NCBI RefSeq assembly: GCF_052425735.1
Contig: NC_135764.1
Span: 2,480,001-2,544,000, forward strand
Direction: 5' to 3'
Length of the DNA stretch: 64,000 nucleotides
DNA from: Oculina patagonica
Lineage: Eukaryota
Within the stretch, counting starts at the first letter, position 1, and the number at the start of each line of letters is the position of its first letter. This document shows, piece by piece, positions 12,458 through 27,400 of this stretch. The position numbers were made by a program, and so were the translations under genes. The notes beneath the pieces are model-generated. The model was not told the origin of the DNA. It saw only the letters and a list, made by a program, of their open reading frames with translations, and did not search any database.

Positions 12458-13639
12458 TAAGAATGGTTCTACCAAAGTACAAAACGATTAGTCTGAAGGG
12501 CACACCACTCGACCAGAAGACGGCTGACACTTAAAAATAAATTGTTTTTTTTGGTTTGAAAAAAATAGAGGATAAGCCGAAAATGTTTTACACGCCATTC
12601 ACTCAAAACACTCAAAACGATTTTAAAACTTTTTATTGTAATAAATACTAGTAACAATTCTCATGCCTTAATTTATAGTACAAGAATGTAGTTTTTTGGG
12701 ACTGAAAGAATACCGTAAACCACTGTACTGCAGTTACCGTATAATAAATGTGGTGAAGAAAATGTCGCCTTTTTAATATTTCGGCAGAACATTTGACAAT
12801 GCCGTTACCAATGCAACGCCTGTAATAATATTTATAGCAGGCAATCTTAAATAGTAGCCCGTTGTCTCAGTTACCAATATTTGCTATTTAAAAGCTTTAA
12901 AAGTTTTTTTTTTTGGTTCTGTAGTATGCCCGGAGTATGAAACTTAGTAAGACTCTTAATTAAATGGCAGTTTACACCGAACCGCAGTGCTAGTCGTACC
13001 TTTAAACGCAGCAAACTCTGTTTTGGTGCAGGAGTGCATCACCTTATGTTTGGTACCCCAAGGTGTTTAACTTCAGATTACCCCAATTGTAATTATCACG
13101 GTATTTTATATGCGACATGATACTTAAATGGTTAGGAAGACTCATGGGCTTCAAAATGAACCAGCAGAAATGCACGAAATACGTGGGATATAAACCTTGT
13201 ACAAGTGGTGCCTCCGATGGAACATTTTGCATGGGCGTGTCACAGGGACATGTAGAAGTGACAAAATCAGAACATGTACACACAAAAGAAAATGAAATGT
13301 AGTAGGGATGTTTTGCAGCGACACGTTCCACCTTGCCACAAAATGTTGCATAGTGGGATGTGTCGCACCTTTAGGGACAAATATAAATTTTAGTCTCGCA
13401 CAAACAAGAGAAAAATCATAATATGAGGGCACCTAAAATTGAGATTTTTTACATTACTTTTATGTGGGAGTGTAGCAGCTGTCGTGAGCATGTTATTCTA
13501 CTGGTCCTCTTGTATAGCAGTTGCTATTATTTTGGGGGGCTAGGGGTATTTGTTCTGTCATTTGTTCCATTGTTCTCTTGAAGGGTAGCGAGCTATTCAT
13601 GCAATACCTTGCGAGAACTGCTTCCCGGCTCCTAAAAGG

Positions 13640-13870
13640 TAAAAAAAGGTAAAGAACTTTATTTATACACGGTTTGTGTTTAAAGATAGAAGTTGTGGGG
13701 CCGTGTATATGAAACAAATATAATATATTAAATAAACATAACATGGTTAAAAATCCCAACTGGCAGGAGGCGACCAGTTGGCTATTTACAAGCATGACCG
13801 AGGATTTGAGCTCGGGGCAACCGAGAACAAATCCAGATAGTGGTCAACGGACTTGAACCCGGGACCTCCA
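13640..13870 (-). mobile_element. tRNA-derived SINE fragment
   Basis: Minus strand reads ggaggtcccgggttcaagtcc (B-box), then a conserved-looking body and an AATAAA-type tail. Confidence 0.6.
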
Positions 13871-14607
13871 AGGGGATTTTTATTTGTTATACATTTTTGG
13901 ATGGATTGCTAGTCCATCCTAGGTTACTCTCAGCATATTTGACGAGTTTTTATAGCACAATGTTATTTGTTTATTTTTTCTTGCATTGTTTTAAGTCCAA
14001 CCGCAACGTGCCATTATTTATTATACACCTGCGTGGAGAAGGGAAAAGCCCTGGGAACGAGGTTGCACTGTTCGGCCAAAACATGACGCGAGGATGGACC
14101 AGACAGGTTAGAGAAAATATGTCCAGACTCTTGGTTTGGATACGGATGTACAGCTCAACGCAAGAGCAATAAAGTTACTGCGATATGCCGTGCAAATGTT
14201 AAACGTAAAAGCTGCGGAAAAATTAAATACTCGACCGTGAAAAGAATGAGTGCGCTTTCGTTGAACGCAAAAGCGCGTCAAAAGTTAGCGTAGTTGAGAC
14301 TATTTTGATTAGGACTCCTTCCGTGGCATTAACCCTGAAAACACTTTACGACCTGTTCAGTACCAACATTTCCATTTAAAAATGTTTCTTTGGTTTCTGT
14401 TAGGATTCCTAATGCGTTTCTGACCACTTTTCCACTGACGGTAAGGAATGAAGTCTCTTCCAGGTTCGTATGGTTCCAAGTTAACAAAAGAGTCGGCTGA
14501 ACAACAGCAAACAATGTGAAAATTGTTATAAGTTCGTGTCGGAAGAACAAAATAAAAGACAAGCCGAGAACACGTTCGCACAACACAACACGGATGACAC
14601 AATGATC

Positions 14608-15375
14608 TTATAATTGTTTCCTGTAGAAGTGTGCTTTGCCTCGAAGATGGAAGCCAAAAACTGTAAATCCGGGAGAAATCCAGTTGGTAGCACTGCTAGG
14701 CGCGTCAAAATGCACTTTCTCGTGGTTTATTCCCATCACTACTATAACAAGGCATTTCACTTTTCTCCGGTCAATAAGTTCAAAAGTCGTCCCGCTTAGA
14801 TGGTTTAAAAGAAAGCCACCAGCTTTGTCCACGAAAAAATACATCTTTCCATCTTGATACTTTATGATCACTCTGCGTATTGTGGGAACATCATCCGTGA
14901 GAAATTCTCCTAAATATGGAGCTGCCATCTGTTCTGAAATGCTTGGTTGTTGCTGCAGATTGAACGATAAGGAAGTTTTAAATTGAGTGTGGTAAAAAAA
15001 AAACTAAAGTAATCACTCTAGCTTATTGCAAGGGACGCAAACAATCCAGTGTTCTAGAGATCTAGAGCGTAGATTACCCTATATTTTGTCCCCGGGAGGG
15101 GGTACCCGAGATTTTAAGGGACGGGGATGATCGAACGCCCCAAAATAAACAAAACCCTCGATCAAAAATTAACCCGCCCAAAAATCCCACGACAAATTGT
15201 GACCCATAAATTTCCGGAAAGGGGCAATTATCTATAAGGTACCTCTGAAATAATCCAAGGGCCACTTGTACAAACAGCAGCGAAGTAAAGCCGTATCTTG
15301 GCGTAGATTATATAACACTACCACGTGTCTTTAAATACCTCCAAAAACCTAACTTTAATCAAGCCACCCTGCTTC

Positions 15376-15406
<31 letters not shown>

Positions 15407-18400
15407 AAAAAACCCACAAATCCCGTCACTTAAATCCCGAGTACCCCCTTGGGTACTTTTTACGCGTGACGTGTGCTTTAGGGTTGTTTATTTTAGCGCG
15501 TTGCGTGATTTCGGGAGCCGGGCTAATGTTTTGCTGTCATTTCGATTAGAAGCAATGCTTATGTAAGTGACCCTCTAACTGGTTGTTTGGTAATGATCTT
15601 GTTACCTGCTTATCGAGTGCTGTGAGTTCCTCATGAAATGCCGTCAAGAGCTTGCTTGCTATTTGCATGCAGCAGCCTTTTAAGCTTCCTGTGTTGAAGA
15701 TGTTGAATGCTGAAAAAAGGAAATCGATCAAAATTATGAAAAATTCCCAAAGAAAATTAACGTTCTACTGAAAACATTTTTATACGGGTAGGTACGGCCT
15801 CGTCGAGGTCCAAACCCTCACCTTATGGCCGTTTTTCTCCGTTTACTGTCGAATGCGTTTCCTAATTTTGGGTCGGTCGGTCGGATAAAAAAAAAACTTA
15901 AAAAAAAATCAGGAGCGAGCTGGAGCTAAGAGCCTGGAAACAACGAAACGCGGTCACAAAATCAACATGGTGGCAACGGAGAAAGAAAAGACCAATGTAG
16001 TGGTTAAACTAAGCCGAGAAAAGTAAAACAAAAGATCAACCGCCAGCACTCTTTTGCAATCTGCGAGCATCCACGACTTTCTAGCAACCGCTAGCTGGAA
16101 TAGCAAGTCTTTGATATTTTTAATATTACATTTTTTTTTTTTGGAAAACCCCAAAATTTGGGTCGGTCGGACGACGGTAAACGGAGAAAAAAAGGGACGG
16201 CCATTTACAGAAAAAGCTCACCTAATTTCAGGTCAGGGAAAAGATAGAGGTTTGATGAGTAGCCGTAGACGAAGCCATTTTTCATTCTTGCAAGATAACC
16301 ATTCATAAGATACATCTCCCATGGAGATCCCATGAACTGTTTGCCGTCCAGTATAAACGCTAAAATGGGAAAAAAAGGTCGAGATATTAATTCTCTTCAC
16401 TAAACTTTATCTTTTTTTTTTTATGTCGGCTCTGAGAATTTAATGGTTCATCGAGACATGTAGTATTTACCAGTTGATGACCATTTTAATTTTCTGTACT
16501 TTATGGAATATCAGACATTTTAGGATGTAGCCTTGCTGCATATTTTTACTAGTCGTGTGGTATTTGACCAGCTTGTATACGCAGGAAGAGTCGAGATGAA
16601 TATGTACAGTGATACTACAAACTGAAATGTCTAACTAAGAGATTTATTATGCGAATTATTTTCTTTTCCGAGATAGATATTTTTAACTGTGCTTTGCGTT
16701 CTCGCGCAGTTAGAAAAAATAAAAGGAAACTATATTCAGATAACCTGAAAAACAGGTCTCCTGGAGTAAGGGACGGACCATTATTTTCTTGGAGGGGTGG
16801 GGGGGANNNNNNNNNNNNNNNNNNNNNNNNNNNNNNNNNNNNNNNNNNNNNNNNNNNNNNNNNNNNNNNNNNNNNNNNNNNNNNNNNNNNNNNNNNNNNN
16901 NNNNNNNNNNNNNNNNNNNNNNNNNNNNNNNNNNNNNNNNNNNNNNNNNNNNNNNNNNNNNNNNNNNNNNAGCAATAGCACCGTGTCTAAATAAAGATAA
17001 ACACGATAAAATAATAGCGTTTGATATTTGTACTCGTTTCGCGCGTTTTTTTTGCTCTACTGGGTAGAGTGGAGAAGAGTTTTTGTTCTTATTAATGTCA
17101 TGTTTCATAACTTTTTCTTAACTTGGGTTTCGTCATTCAATACAATAGCTTAATAAAGTTTACAAACTGAATATAAAACGCAATTCCTTACCTGGCGAGA
17201 AAAACTCTTCTGTCATGACAGGAGTGAGAAAATCATCTTCTTCCGTCGAATTGAAAAGTTTAATCTCCAACTGGGGACAGCAGTGACAGTTAGCAATAAA
17301 ATAAATACTAAGTTGAGAGTTTATTGATCCTAACGAGTTCAAAAGAGCTCTTGGGTGTTAACACGTTAAAAAAAAAAAATTAACATACTGTAATGATTCG
17401 ATTTAGCGCCCTGCTTCCAATAAGCGCCCCCCCCCCCTTTGAATGGTTTTTGCCAATAAGCGCCCCTATTCCTATAAGCGCTCCCATTCTAATTAGCGCC
17501 CCCATTCTTGTAAGGGCCCCTATTCTATTAAGCGCCCCTTTGTGGTAACTGCCCCTACTAAGTCATTGACGTCGAAAGATAAACATGAACATTCACCATA
17601 CCCTACATGTAGAAATCTACTGCTAAAATAAACAATTTTTTTAAAGTAACTGGACCTTCGACAATTTGTTACTGTTACAGTTTCAGTTATTGTTAGTTAT
17701 TTAAATATTTATTAAAGTTTTGTTTTAAACATTTGGTTGTTTCTCAAAAAATTAAATAAGCGCCCTCTCCCGAATAAACGCCCTGTCTCGAATAAGCACC
17801 CTATCTTGAGTTGCCAAAAGTAAATAAGCGCCCCGGCCGCTAAATCGAATCCCATCTCCCTCTGGCTACCAGTTGACAAAAGTAGTGCCCTCACCACTCC
17901 AGTCAGAGGAATAAGTGCCCCTTTTGGTAAATCTTCGTTGAAGCACTCGAAGAATTTCCGAATTATTTCATCCAATCCAAAACTAGCGCAAGCGCTCACG
18001 TGTACTCCAAAAACTCTCGTGCCTGTATAATAGTTCTGGTAAAATCTTCTGGGACGAAAACGCAGAAGTCAACTGGCGCTTGTTCCCCCGACTGACTCGT
18101 GACTAACCCAAGGTGCCTTCGCATGCTACGCCATGTTTTAAACTAGAAATCAAAGATCTATTATTTAACCTTACCTTTGCGATATCTGCTAGCGAGGTGA
18201 ACATTCCACCCGCCGGGTTTGCCCAGCCCCATTCAATCGGATCCAGGGAATTGTTTCCCAGATATCCCAGGGGGATTCTGTTAGAATAAAGAGTTAATAA
18301 ATCAACCGGGTTCTTCTCCGAACCTCTTTTGGTTGGGCATTATTTGAGACATTTTAAATTAAGATTTACGTAATAACAACTTATTCAACTTTACTTGAAA

Positions 18401-21400
18401 GTGCTTCCAATAAAACTAGCGTTTTAAAACAATAAGGCCACTTTTAAAACTTGGCGATATTTTTGAGTTGCAATCCTTGTTCGGCAACGCGTTAAGCCCT
18501 GGCCAAACGGTAACGCAAGTGGATGCAAGCAGTCGCAACTTGAATTGTGTACTGACTTGCGTTGGCTGGCCAAACGGGCACGCAAGTTGTTAAAAAGAGC
18601 CATTTCAATGCTACTACTTGAAGTAAGCAGCAAGACTTTCATTGATTTGCGTTGGGTGGCCAAACGGTGAAAAACTTGCGTTGACTTGCGTGCAATTGAT
18701 CTCGAACAAAGTGAACGCAAGTCAGCGCAAGAACGCAAGTGCACGCAAGTCCTGGCCAAACGGAGACGTAATTGGACACATGTTGAAAACTTGCGTTCCC
18801 ATTGGCCAGGCCTTAAGAGCACAGGTTTCCTACGGTCAAAATATTCGTGAGTCCTTAAATGGATTTCGCTCATTCTCTTACCATGGGTAGGTCAAAGAAA
18901 TAAATCAAGTATATTTTTTGGCTAAATACGATTCATCGAATTCTAAAATCCAGCAAAATTGACGCTTTCGGAGCTAAAATGCGATTTGTTGCTGCGTCGA
19001 AAAAAGCATCTGGAAGTATGGATTCGCGAAATTTAGTAAAAATAGAATAGGAGGAGGGGGGTAAGGGGGTGAGAAGCGAGAAAGTAGGGAAAGAGTTACT
19101 TCGGTTCTCCTACGAAACTAAGCCCCGGCGAAGAATTTGACGCGTTAAAATGAAAAGTAGTAAGTAAGGATAAAAGGACGGCGGCGAGAGGGGGAGAGGA
19201 CAGAGATTGCACCGAGAAAGAATTTAACACAGTAGCACAGAAGCGGAGTTTTGCGTTGTTGTTTCATATGTCCAACGGTCCAGTGGACTAGAGAGAGAGC
19301 GTCGAAGGACCGTGAGAGAGTGTGTACAAAAATTAGAGGTTGATGTCGTGAAAACGATGTTGGGAGGATGGGGAAAAAGGGGGGGGGGGGGAGGGAAAGA
19401 GTTGGGTGGATACAAAGGGGTTAAAAAAAAGGAAAAAGAGAAAAAGTCAAAGAAGTATGGAATGATGAGTAGTAAAAAAGAACCAAGTAGAAAAAAAAAA
19501 ATGAGAAACATTGAAAACGGACAAAAAAAAGATTGTTAGAAGATAATCCCTTTACAGGTAATTGGAAGGGCCCTGATTCAGTTAGAAAGAACTTGATCAA
19601 AAGATACCGCGTCTAGAAAGTCACCCCGTTTTGGCTGTTTTTAGATTTGTTAATACAAGTTAACGTTTCCCGTAGGGGAACCAAACACGACCCACGGACG
19701 GCACAGAGGTTTGGGGGAATACCCAGTGACAACTTCTTTAATAAAGTTCGTAAAAAAAATAAAATAGGAAGAAAATGGAATTACCCCCTATAGCTTCATC
19801 TCAAAAACACACCGGAAAAATTTAAAAAAAAATTTTATAATATATATACATTTGGTTCCCTGACGGCGAGGCGTGTCCCTCCCCGAAGTGGGGGGGCACC
19901 TTCCCTTGTTTACGCCGGACCCCAAAGAATATAAAAATTACAAGGAAGACGGATCAACGAAAATGTCACGGAACAAGAAGGAAAAGGGAACAAAAAAAAT
20001 AACGAAACGCAGAAGAATAGACCGGGAGTTAAAAGCGCTGTCATTAGACAAAGGTAGTACTAAGTGAAATTTTATGTTCAGCCCAAAAGTTTTTTAGAGT
20101 TTTAGAATTATGTGCCTCAACATATACAAACGCAGGGTGTATCTGGTACGGGGTTGTGATTTGTGCCGGAGTTACGAAGTGTGAAATATTCTGCACACCG
20201 ATGACAAAGGGCCGACAATCTCAGTTTTGAAAAGAAGTGCCGGCCGATCTTACTGCTGACCGGGTTTCGGTCCGATTTTCGGATAGGATATGCCTCTTTA
20301 CACGGATAGGATAGGCCTTCTGTTTACACGGGGCCGTTTGGAACCGGTGGGATGGAATGGACCTGCTATTTTGCAGGTCAAGTTATGGAACCGTTCGGAC
20401 CGGTTAGAACCGTTGTGTAACAAGGAGTGCGCTTCCGTGTAGAGGCGTCGGTCGGTAGTTCGACGGCAGTCCGGTCCGTGTACGTAGCCAGCTGTTAGAG
20501 TATAAAAATGACGAAAAAAGGAAGGACAGGATAACAGAGGTGTCCGTTAGGAGATCCATAAGGGAGAGTGATAATTTGCCTTAGCTATCAAGAATTGAAA
20601 AGGGTAGAATGGAAAAAAATGCAGGGGAAGACGAAAAGATGACCCGGAAGTTAAAAGCGATGCAACCATTTACAACTCTTCGAACGATGGTACTAATGAA
20701 ATTAAGTACAAGTTTAGCCCAAAAGTTATGAGAGTTATTTAATATAAAAAGTGCCACCATCACAAAAAGCAGGGTGTTTTGTCAGGTGGTTGTCGATTAG
20801 TGCGGAAAGTGTGATACGAGGAAAGGGCCGACAATCTATGGCGGCAAAGATTCGCCGGCCGGTATTTTTTTACTGTGTAAGTTAAGTTAAAGAACGTTTA
20901 ATATCAGTTAAGAAGGTCAAGAAAGTTGCAAGTGGAATCAGTTAATGGGCGTAGAATTGATGTTCGCGAGGGAGTTTGTCGTAAATGAGGAAAACAGGAT
21001 TTAATTTCAGCGAACACCCGGTAGAAGTTATTTACTCAGTTGAAGTTCAAGGGATTGTGGAATTAATAATTTATAGATCAAAATTCACGTCGTTAATTAC
21101 GATAGATAAAGCGAATTAATTTTCGAAAAAACATCTTTCTGCTCGCTGCAACTTAAATAAAGCGATAATTTATAATTAAAAAATGTAAATAAAAGGATAA
21201 GAGAGAAATTCCGTTATTTTTCGAATAAATAGTTTTTTTTCAGAGTGTTTTTTTTGACGCGAAGTAACAAATCGGATATTTAGCTCCGAAAGCGTATTTT
21301 TGAAGAATGTCTCGAAAACAAATCGAATTTAGCCAAACAAAGTTACTGTATTTTTTCATATGAGACCTACCCAGGAGAGAGAGCGAAATTTACAGGGCTA

Positions 21401-24400
21401 TTGCCAGATTTTCTTTTTTTTGAAATTTGTGCATATGTCCTCTTAACAAGCGCTTCATTAAACACTAGCATTATTTTCTGTATTTCTTTAGAATTGTTTT
21501 GTGCCTGGATCATGACTTTTCACACAATGTCATCCATTAGAGAAACCAAACGGATCTCCTACTGAAGCTAGGTTGCGTGAAAAAAAGATGTCATCGAGAT
21601 CGCTTGTGAGTGGGGGCCTGAACGCTAGTAAGCTGTTGCAATGTCATTCGTGTTATATACCCTCAAATGTCGCTCGCAAATTCACCTTGAAAAAATGCGC
21701 CCGTGCACGAGAAAACTACGCAAAAATGGCTCGCAAGCTGGGCAATCCAATAGCAAAGCTTCCTTATGTGCATTTTTTTGCTTCACTTTACAGCTACCCT
21801 GGGTGTCAGGGGTTTTTATTGCGGGGCTTCCGGTGTCGGTCATGTCTCTATAATTGTGACACTCGTTTTAATTTCCTTGCCCGGGCTTTGCCGCTCGTGG
21901 TTCGACGGCCTTCGGCCGCCCGAAGAGCAATCCCCCCGCGCGAGAAAAATCCTCTGGAACGGGACGAAGACGCCAGGGTACTTTACAGCAAATTCCCTTA
22001 CTTTATTATTTTTTATCTGCAATGCAAGCTACTCACTCAGGAGTTAACTTGAATCCCGAATCATTCATCTCCAGTGGATCAAAAATGTTTTTCTGCATCC
22101 AGTCCTCATAGGAAGTGTTTTGAGAGAGGGCCAGTCCTTGACCAAGGAGCCCAAAACCTAAATTGCTTCATGACAAAGGTAAAACTGGCGTCAATGATCT
22201 ATTTAGTATAGTAAACAGCCACCTATAGTAGACAATCACCTAATGCAAATTCTCGAACCTGATTGGTTCTCTCAAAATTGTCTATTTTACAATTTGAACA
22301 CAATGCTGTCTATTATGTATAGGTGACAGCGTCGCAGAAACCCACTAAATCGCTAAAATTCACTAGCCGCTGTTTTGAACTACAAGGACGACAAAGCACA
22401 ACAAAATTAATTGAGGTAGCTTAACGTTCATTTTGAGCATAAATGCGAAATATAACTCGCTATAGTCTATGCTAATAGGAACGTTTGAACGTTTCCCATA
22501 CATCCCTTTATAATTTTGAAACATCAACAGTCGCTCCATTTGTGTGGGTCCCCTGTGATTTGAATGCCAGCTCGAGACTTCTATCTTCTACCGCAACCGT
22601 GCGCGCGTTTCTCTTGATAGAGAAACTTTTCCTATGTTTTTGGCAATTGTGGCCAGTTACAAATAAAAACGTTTAAAACACCTTATATACTAAAAGATAG
22701 ATACAGAATATATCAGACCTGTAACTGACTTTATTGCCTGGTTGAGCAATAAGAGTAAGATTCTTTATTCGCTCCAGCATGACAGTGTTGTTATGTGGAC
22801 AAAGATTTCCTTCTTTCTTGGACAAACATGGCGCTTCTCGTGGAAATCCAGACATGTGAGAAACCATTTCCCTAAAAAAAGAACGTTTAAAACAGTTTAA
22901 CAACAGTTCCGTTTTACGAAAGCACTGTAATTAGATATTTGCCTAAAGCCGACTTTACAACATGCAGTACTTTTTCAGAACTCAAAGCTACGTGAATAAT
23001 GTTGCAACAAGAGTTTATATAACATTGTGACAAATCTACGGCATTCTTTTCTTGATTTTATAGGTCAATAAATTCTTTTCGTTCGGTCGGTTGGTCGACA
23101 GGTCGCTAGCTTGTAGGTCGATCATTCGGTCGGTTGATTGTCGATGAACCAACCGTTTGACAAATTCTGTCTATCTGTCTGTCTGCCTGCCTGCCTGCCT
23201 CCTGCCTGCCTATCTGTCTGTTTGTCTGCATGTCTCTCTGTCTGTTTATCTGTTTGTCTGTCTGTCGGTAAGTCCGTCTGTCTGTCAGACAGTCCCTTAA
23301 TCAGTATGACAGCATTGAATTAAATTTTGGCAGCAGGCTACACCTACCTTAGTACGGTCTCGTGTGAGTTGAATGGATCCTGTATTGAGAACCTTGGCAT
23401 ATATTTTTTGAAAGGATCATCTAGCGACTTAACCTTTTTCTCATGGTAAAGCTTGTAAAGCATCAACGCCTGAATACAACGGCAGAAGAAACATTATAAA
23501 TTTAACTTCTGAACGGTTAAATGCCGCTATAACTTTTAAAAAATGGAAGCTTCCTTTGTTTTAAAAAGACGAAAGGAATGGCGATTGTATCACGACAGTA
23601 TAATATTGTTTTTCATTATAATTACTTTTTTAAGTAGCCTGCAAGCAGACGGACGTTTGGAAATACACACGATAGTTAGTGTCGAAGTCGTGAGAATTTT
23701 TCGAAAATTTAACGTGACCCTGAACCCCATGTTAGATTTTTTAACTCGAAAGTTGTATCTTAACATGCTGATCATTATTCTATCATAAAAATGGGGGTCA
23801 CCGAGTTCGTTTTTGAGATAAAAGCACTTAAAACGAAATTCAAAGGCGTTTTTAACAAATTCTACTGTTGCTATGGTTACCACAACTTGCTCAACAATGA
23901 TTGGACGTTTGTTTGATATTATAATTGCAGGAGCAACTGATAAATATTTGTAGTACTGACCCATCAAAGTATAAGAGTTGGAAAGTGCTAGAAACCGTTA
24001 TGAGCTTCCTAAAAGAAAATTTCGTATGTATGTACTATAACTTCATATTCTCTTGAACTGCATCAGGCAATGTACTTTTCACTATCTTAACCTACACTTG
24101 CACTTAGTACTTTTTTTATCTAAGATCTTGGCCTGATCGATGGTAGAGCAGTTTTCAATTGAGTGTCGTAAAACCAAAACCAAAGTAATTACTCTGGCCA
24201 AGCACAAAGGACACAGACAATCCAGTGAACCAATCAAAACTCAAAACAAATATATGTAGCCGGCACATAGGGGGGGAAAACGTGGGTGAGCGGGTCACGT
24301 TTTTTTTGTTTTTTTCCTCTTTGGCCAAAAAGGGGGGGGGAAATTTTTAAACCATTTCTTTTAATAAATAAAAAAAAAAAAAAAAAAAAAAAAAATTTTT

Positions 24401-27400
24401 TTTACAATAAAAAAAAACCCTAGTACCATTGCCAAGTAGATTTGCAGATCTAGACGTGTCCTTTAAATTACCTACAAAAGTTACAGTGGTGCATGTGTGT
24501 GGAAGAAGTTAAATATTGATTCCTTACCGTTAAAACTTTGGTCACACTGGCTACAGGAAACACTGTTTTGCTGGAAGGTTTTGGTGATGTTGGATTTGAT
24601 TGATTCATTTTACCAAACGAACGTTCCCAAATCACCTGGTCCATGTAAACAACGTTTGCCATAATGGAGACCTGAAGGACAAATTAGACGACAATACCCA
24701 AGTCACGAACAAGGTAGACTATTCACAGTCCCCTATTTCAGTTTCCGTGAAGTCGAAGAGATCGATCGTTGAGTTCGCCAAGCCGACATCCTGGTTCCTG
24801 AACGACTTCACGGAAAAATAGGGGACCTGTGAACAGTCTATGAACAAACCCTAGGCCTACTGCTGTAGGGTTAGTTTTATTGATTAGTGAGGATGTGTGG
24901 AAAGAAATGGTATATTTTAAGCATGGTAGAGAAAAGAGAAAGAATTTAATCAGTCGTATCGGTATGGACTCGGAAAAAATGCTATCATTTCTTGAGATTT
25001 GTGTGAAAAGAAAGATACAAATGCAGCATTTTATTTTTAATAGGACCAAACACGATTCTAAAAGCCAATGGCCACCTAAATAGGGCAGTCAGGAGACACT
25101 AAAAGACTAGAAAAGACCAAGTGATCTTTGACTTCATATTGATATAGTTTTATTTTTCTGCCTTACCGTTTTATCCTTGGCGTTCGCCTTCATCAAATGT
25201 TCTTCAATTTGTGACAATGTATCTTGAATGCTCTTCGGGAGAGTGGTCAACGGAACTGCCTTTGCTCGCACAGGGCAGTCGTTTTTGGGCGGTGCAACAA
25301 CTGGACCCTAAGGAACATGTGACAACGTTCTTTTAAACTGGTAAAGGTATAATGCAGGGTTATTTGAAAACTTAAGCTACTAGACGGGGGCTTATTAGGG
25401 CCAATTTACACGGTACTACTTTCTCGCATGCGACCAGCTTGCGACAGGCCTACCACATGACCTAGGACCACTTACACGCGTGCGCGTCTGTTGTACTGAA
25501 GGATGTGGTGGGTTGATTTACACGACGCGATTCGTGTTGTCAGTCATGGCGTGCTGCATTCGATAATCGTAGGCAAAATAGTACCATCTAATTCACCCCT
25601 TAGAAAGGGAGCTTAAAAGGGAAGAGGGAGGGCTTCAAAGAGTTTTTACGGCATGTATGAAAATAAAAAATGGTATTGTTATGTAAATGAAGAGATGTTA
25701 AACTATGAAACAAGGTTCTCGAAAAGAAAACCTTATCAATCAAGTTATATTCAATACGTGGCGACAACAAGTCGGAAGTTGAAGAGCTAGGGTTAAACCG
25801 GAAAACTCAGAGCTGTACATCCCTTTAAAACCCCATTTACACGCGCAAAAAAATCAGCACGGCACGGTAATCTTTGAATAACTCCGCTGAAGTGAAATTG
25901 TTGGCAAACTGTTTCCTACTTGGATGTTTTTGCATAAAACTTTATATTTTTGCGCATGTACAATTCCATGGGTTCCTCAAAATGGAGGTAGTACCACTTA
26001 CGGGCGACCAAGGTGACCAGAAAATAGAAAATGATATGATATTGAATATTACCAATTTCTCAAGACTTGCATTAGAAACAAATGTTTATGCCAACCGATT
26101 AGGAGAATCAACATTTTGAACTTAAGATTAAAGGTCACGTGGTTACTTGTTGATTAATAACATAAAAAAATATTATTTTTTATTACATAGACCAATCATT
26201 ACTCGGCATACCGTAACATTTCTGTTTCCTTACAGTCTATAAATCTAGTCTTAATATAAACTATTGTTTTTCGCAACCTTCTCACTGAGTCAATACACGA
26301 AATGCCGCCTATGTACGTTGAGCATCTGCGCGGACTAGTCTGAATGGCTGCCATGTAAGGGATCTTGTATTGAACTGCTTTCAAAAACGCGCGTTTTCCG
26401 TGGCTATGACAGAACGTACCGACACTTTGTCGCGGTCTCAAACTGTTGCCTCAGGGCGAGAGCTGATAATTTTTAGATATAATAATATGCAAATTTCTCT
26501 CAATCGAAGTATGAACACTATTCTTTTATCCAAATATTTATTAACGAAGGTAGGACTCAGAATCAAATGTTTTTTTTTTAATATTTAGTCTACCTTTATA
26601 AAAGACTAAGAAATGTAAGTTGCACCACTTTTAAGATCTCATTCGTCCAACCTTGCTTTGATATGTTTCTTAATCTAATATTTTATTTAATTACTGATAA
26701 TTGCATCAAGGTAATACTAAAACCGTTGCTTTCCATTTTGATAACAAACCATTGTTTTTTTGGCAAAATCATGAAATAACAATCCCCGCATTGCACATCA
26801 TTTAAATATACTTCAAATAGAAAACTCGAGAAAATGTTTTCGTGCTAATTTTGAAATGGGTTCCATATTTGACAGCTGCCTGTTGCTTTTCCACTTGCCT
26901 TATATTGGTTTCCTAGCGGGGTTCACAAAACAAACTTTAGAATTTAATTTCGGTGGCGTTTGTCGCGAGATGCTGTTACTTCCGGACTGTACTGTAATAA
27001 ATGGAGTTACGTTCTTAAGTATTGTTTGTATATGACCCGCTTAGAGAATGCATTTAATCTCAATTGAAGACAAAGGTTTTGACAACGTTGATTTCTAAAC
27101 AAACAGGAATTTAACCCATAATCGGGTTTTGGAAAATAACGAAATTATCATTGACCTTCAATGCTTTCAAGATCGAGTTGCAAATAACGAATAATACCTT
27201 AAAAAGTCAACAAAATACTCTATTTTCTTATTTCGCCAATAAATAACAAGCTAAAATACATGGATTATTTGCCCTTCTTTTTGGAAAATAAACTTTACGG
27301 CGGAACAGCTAGTCCATTAACTTTTATTTAAAAATGTCGCTTCCTTCCTCGCTCGCAAATTTGCTTTTCAAAAGGCTTGCTTACGGTCTGGCAGCCCTGT

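Noticed and set aside
16649-17108. ORFs containing X runs
   Set aside because: Artefacts of the N gap.
18424-18890. 149-aa and 82-aa ORFs
   Set aside because: Span a Harbinger-like MITE and reflect its cgcaagt repeats.
19224-19539. Lys/Gly-rich and Phe/Pro-rich ORFs
   Set aside because: Low-complexity, probably error-rich sequence inside a transposon.
21573-22052. 159-aa plus-strand ORF
   Set aside because: Antisense in an intron of paralog B and crosses a 9-bp-TSD element; no recognisable domain.
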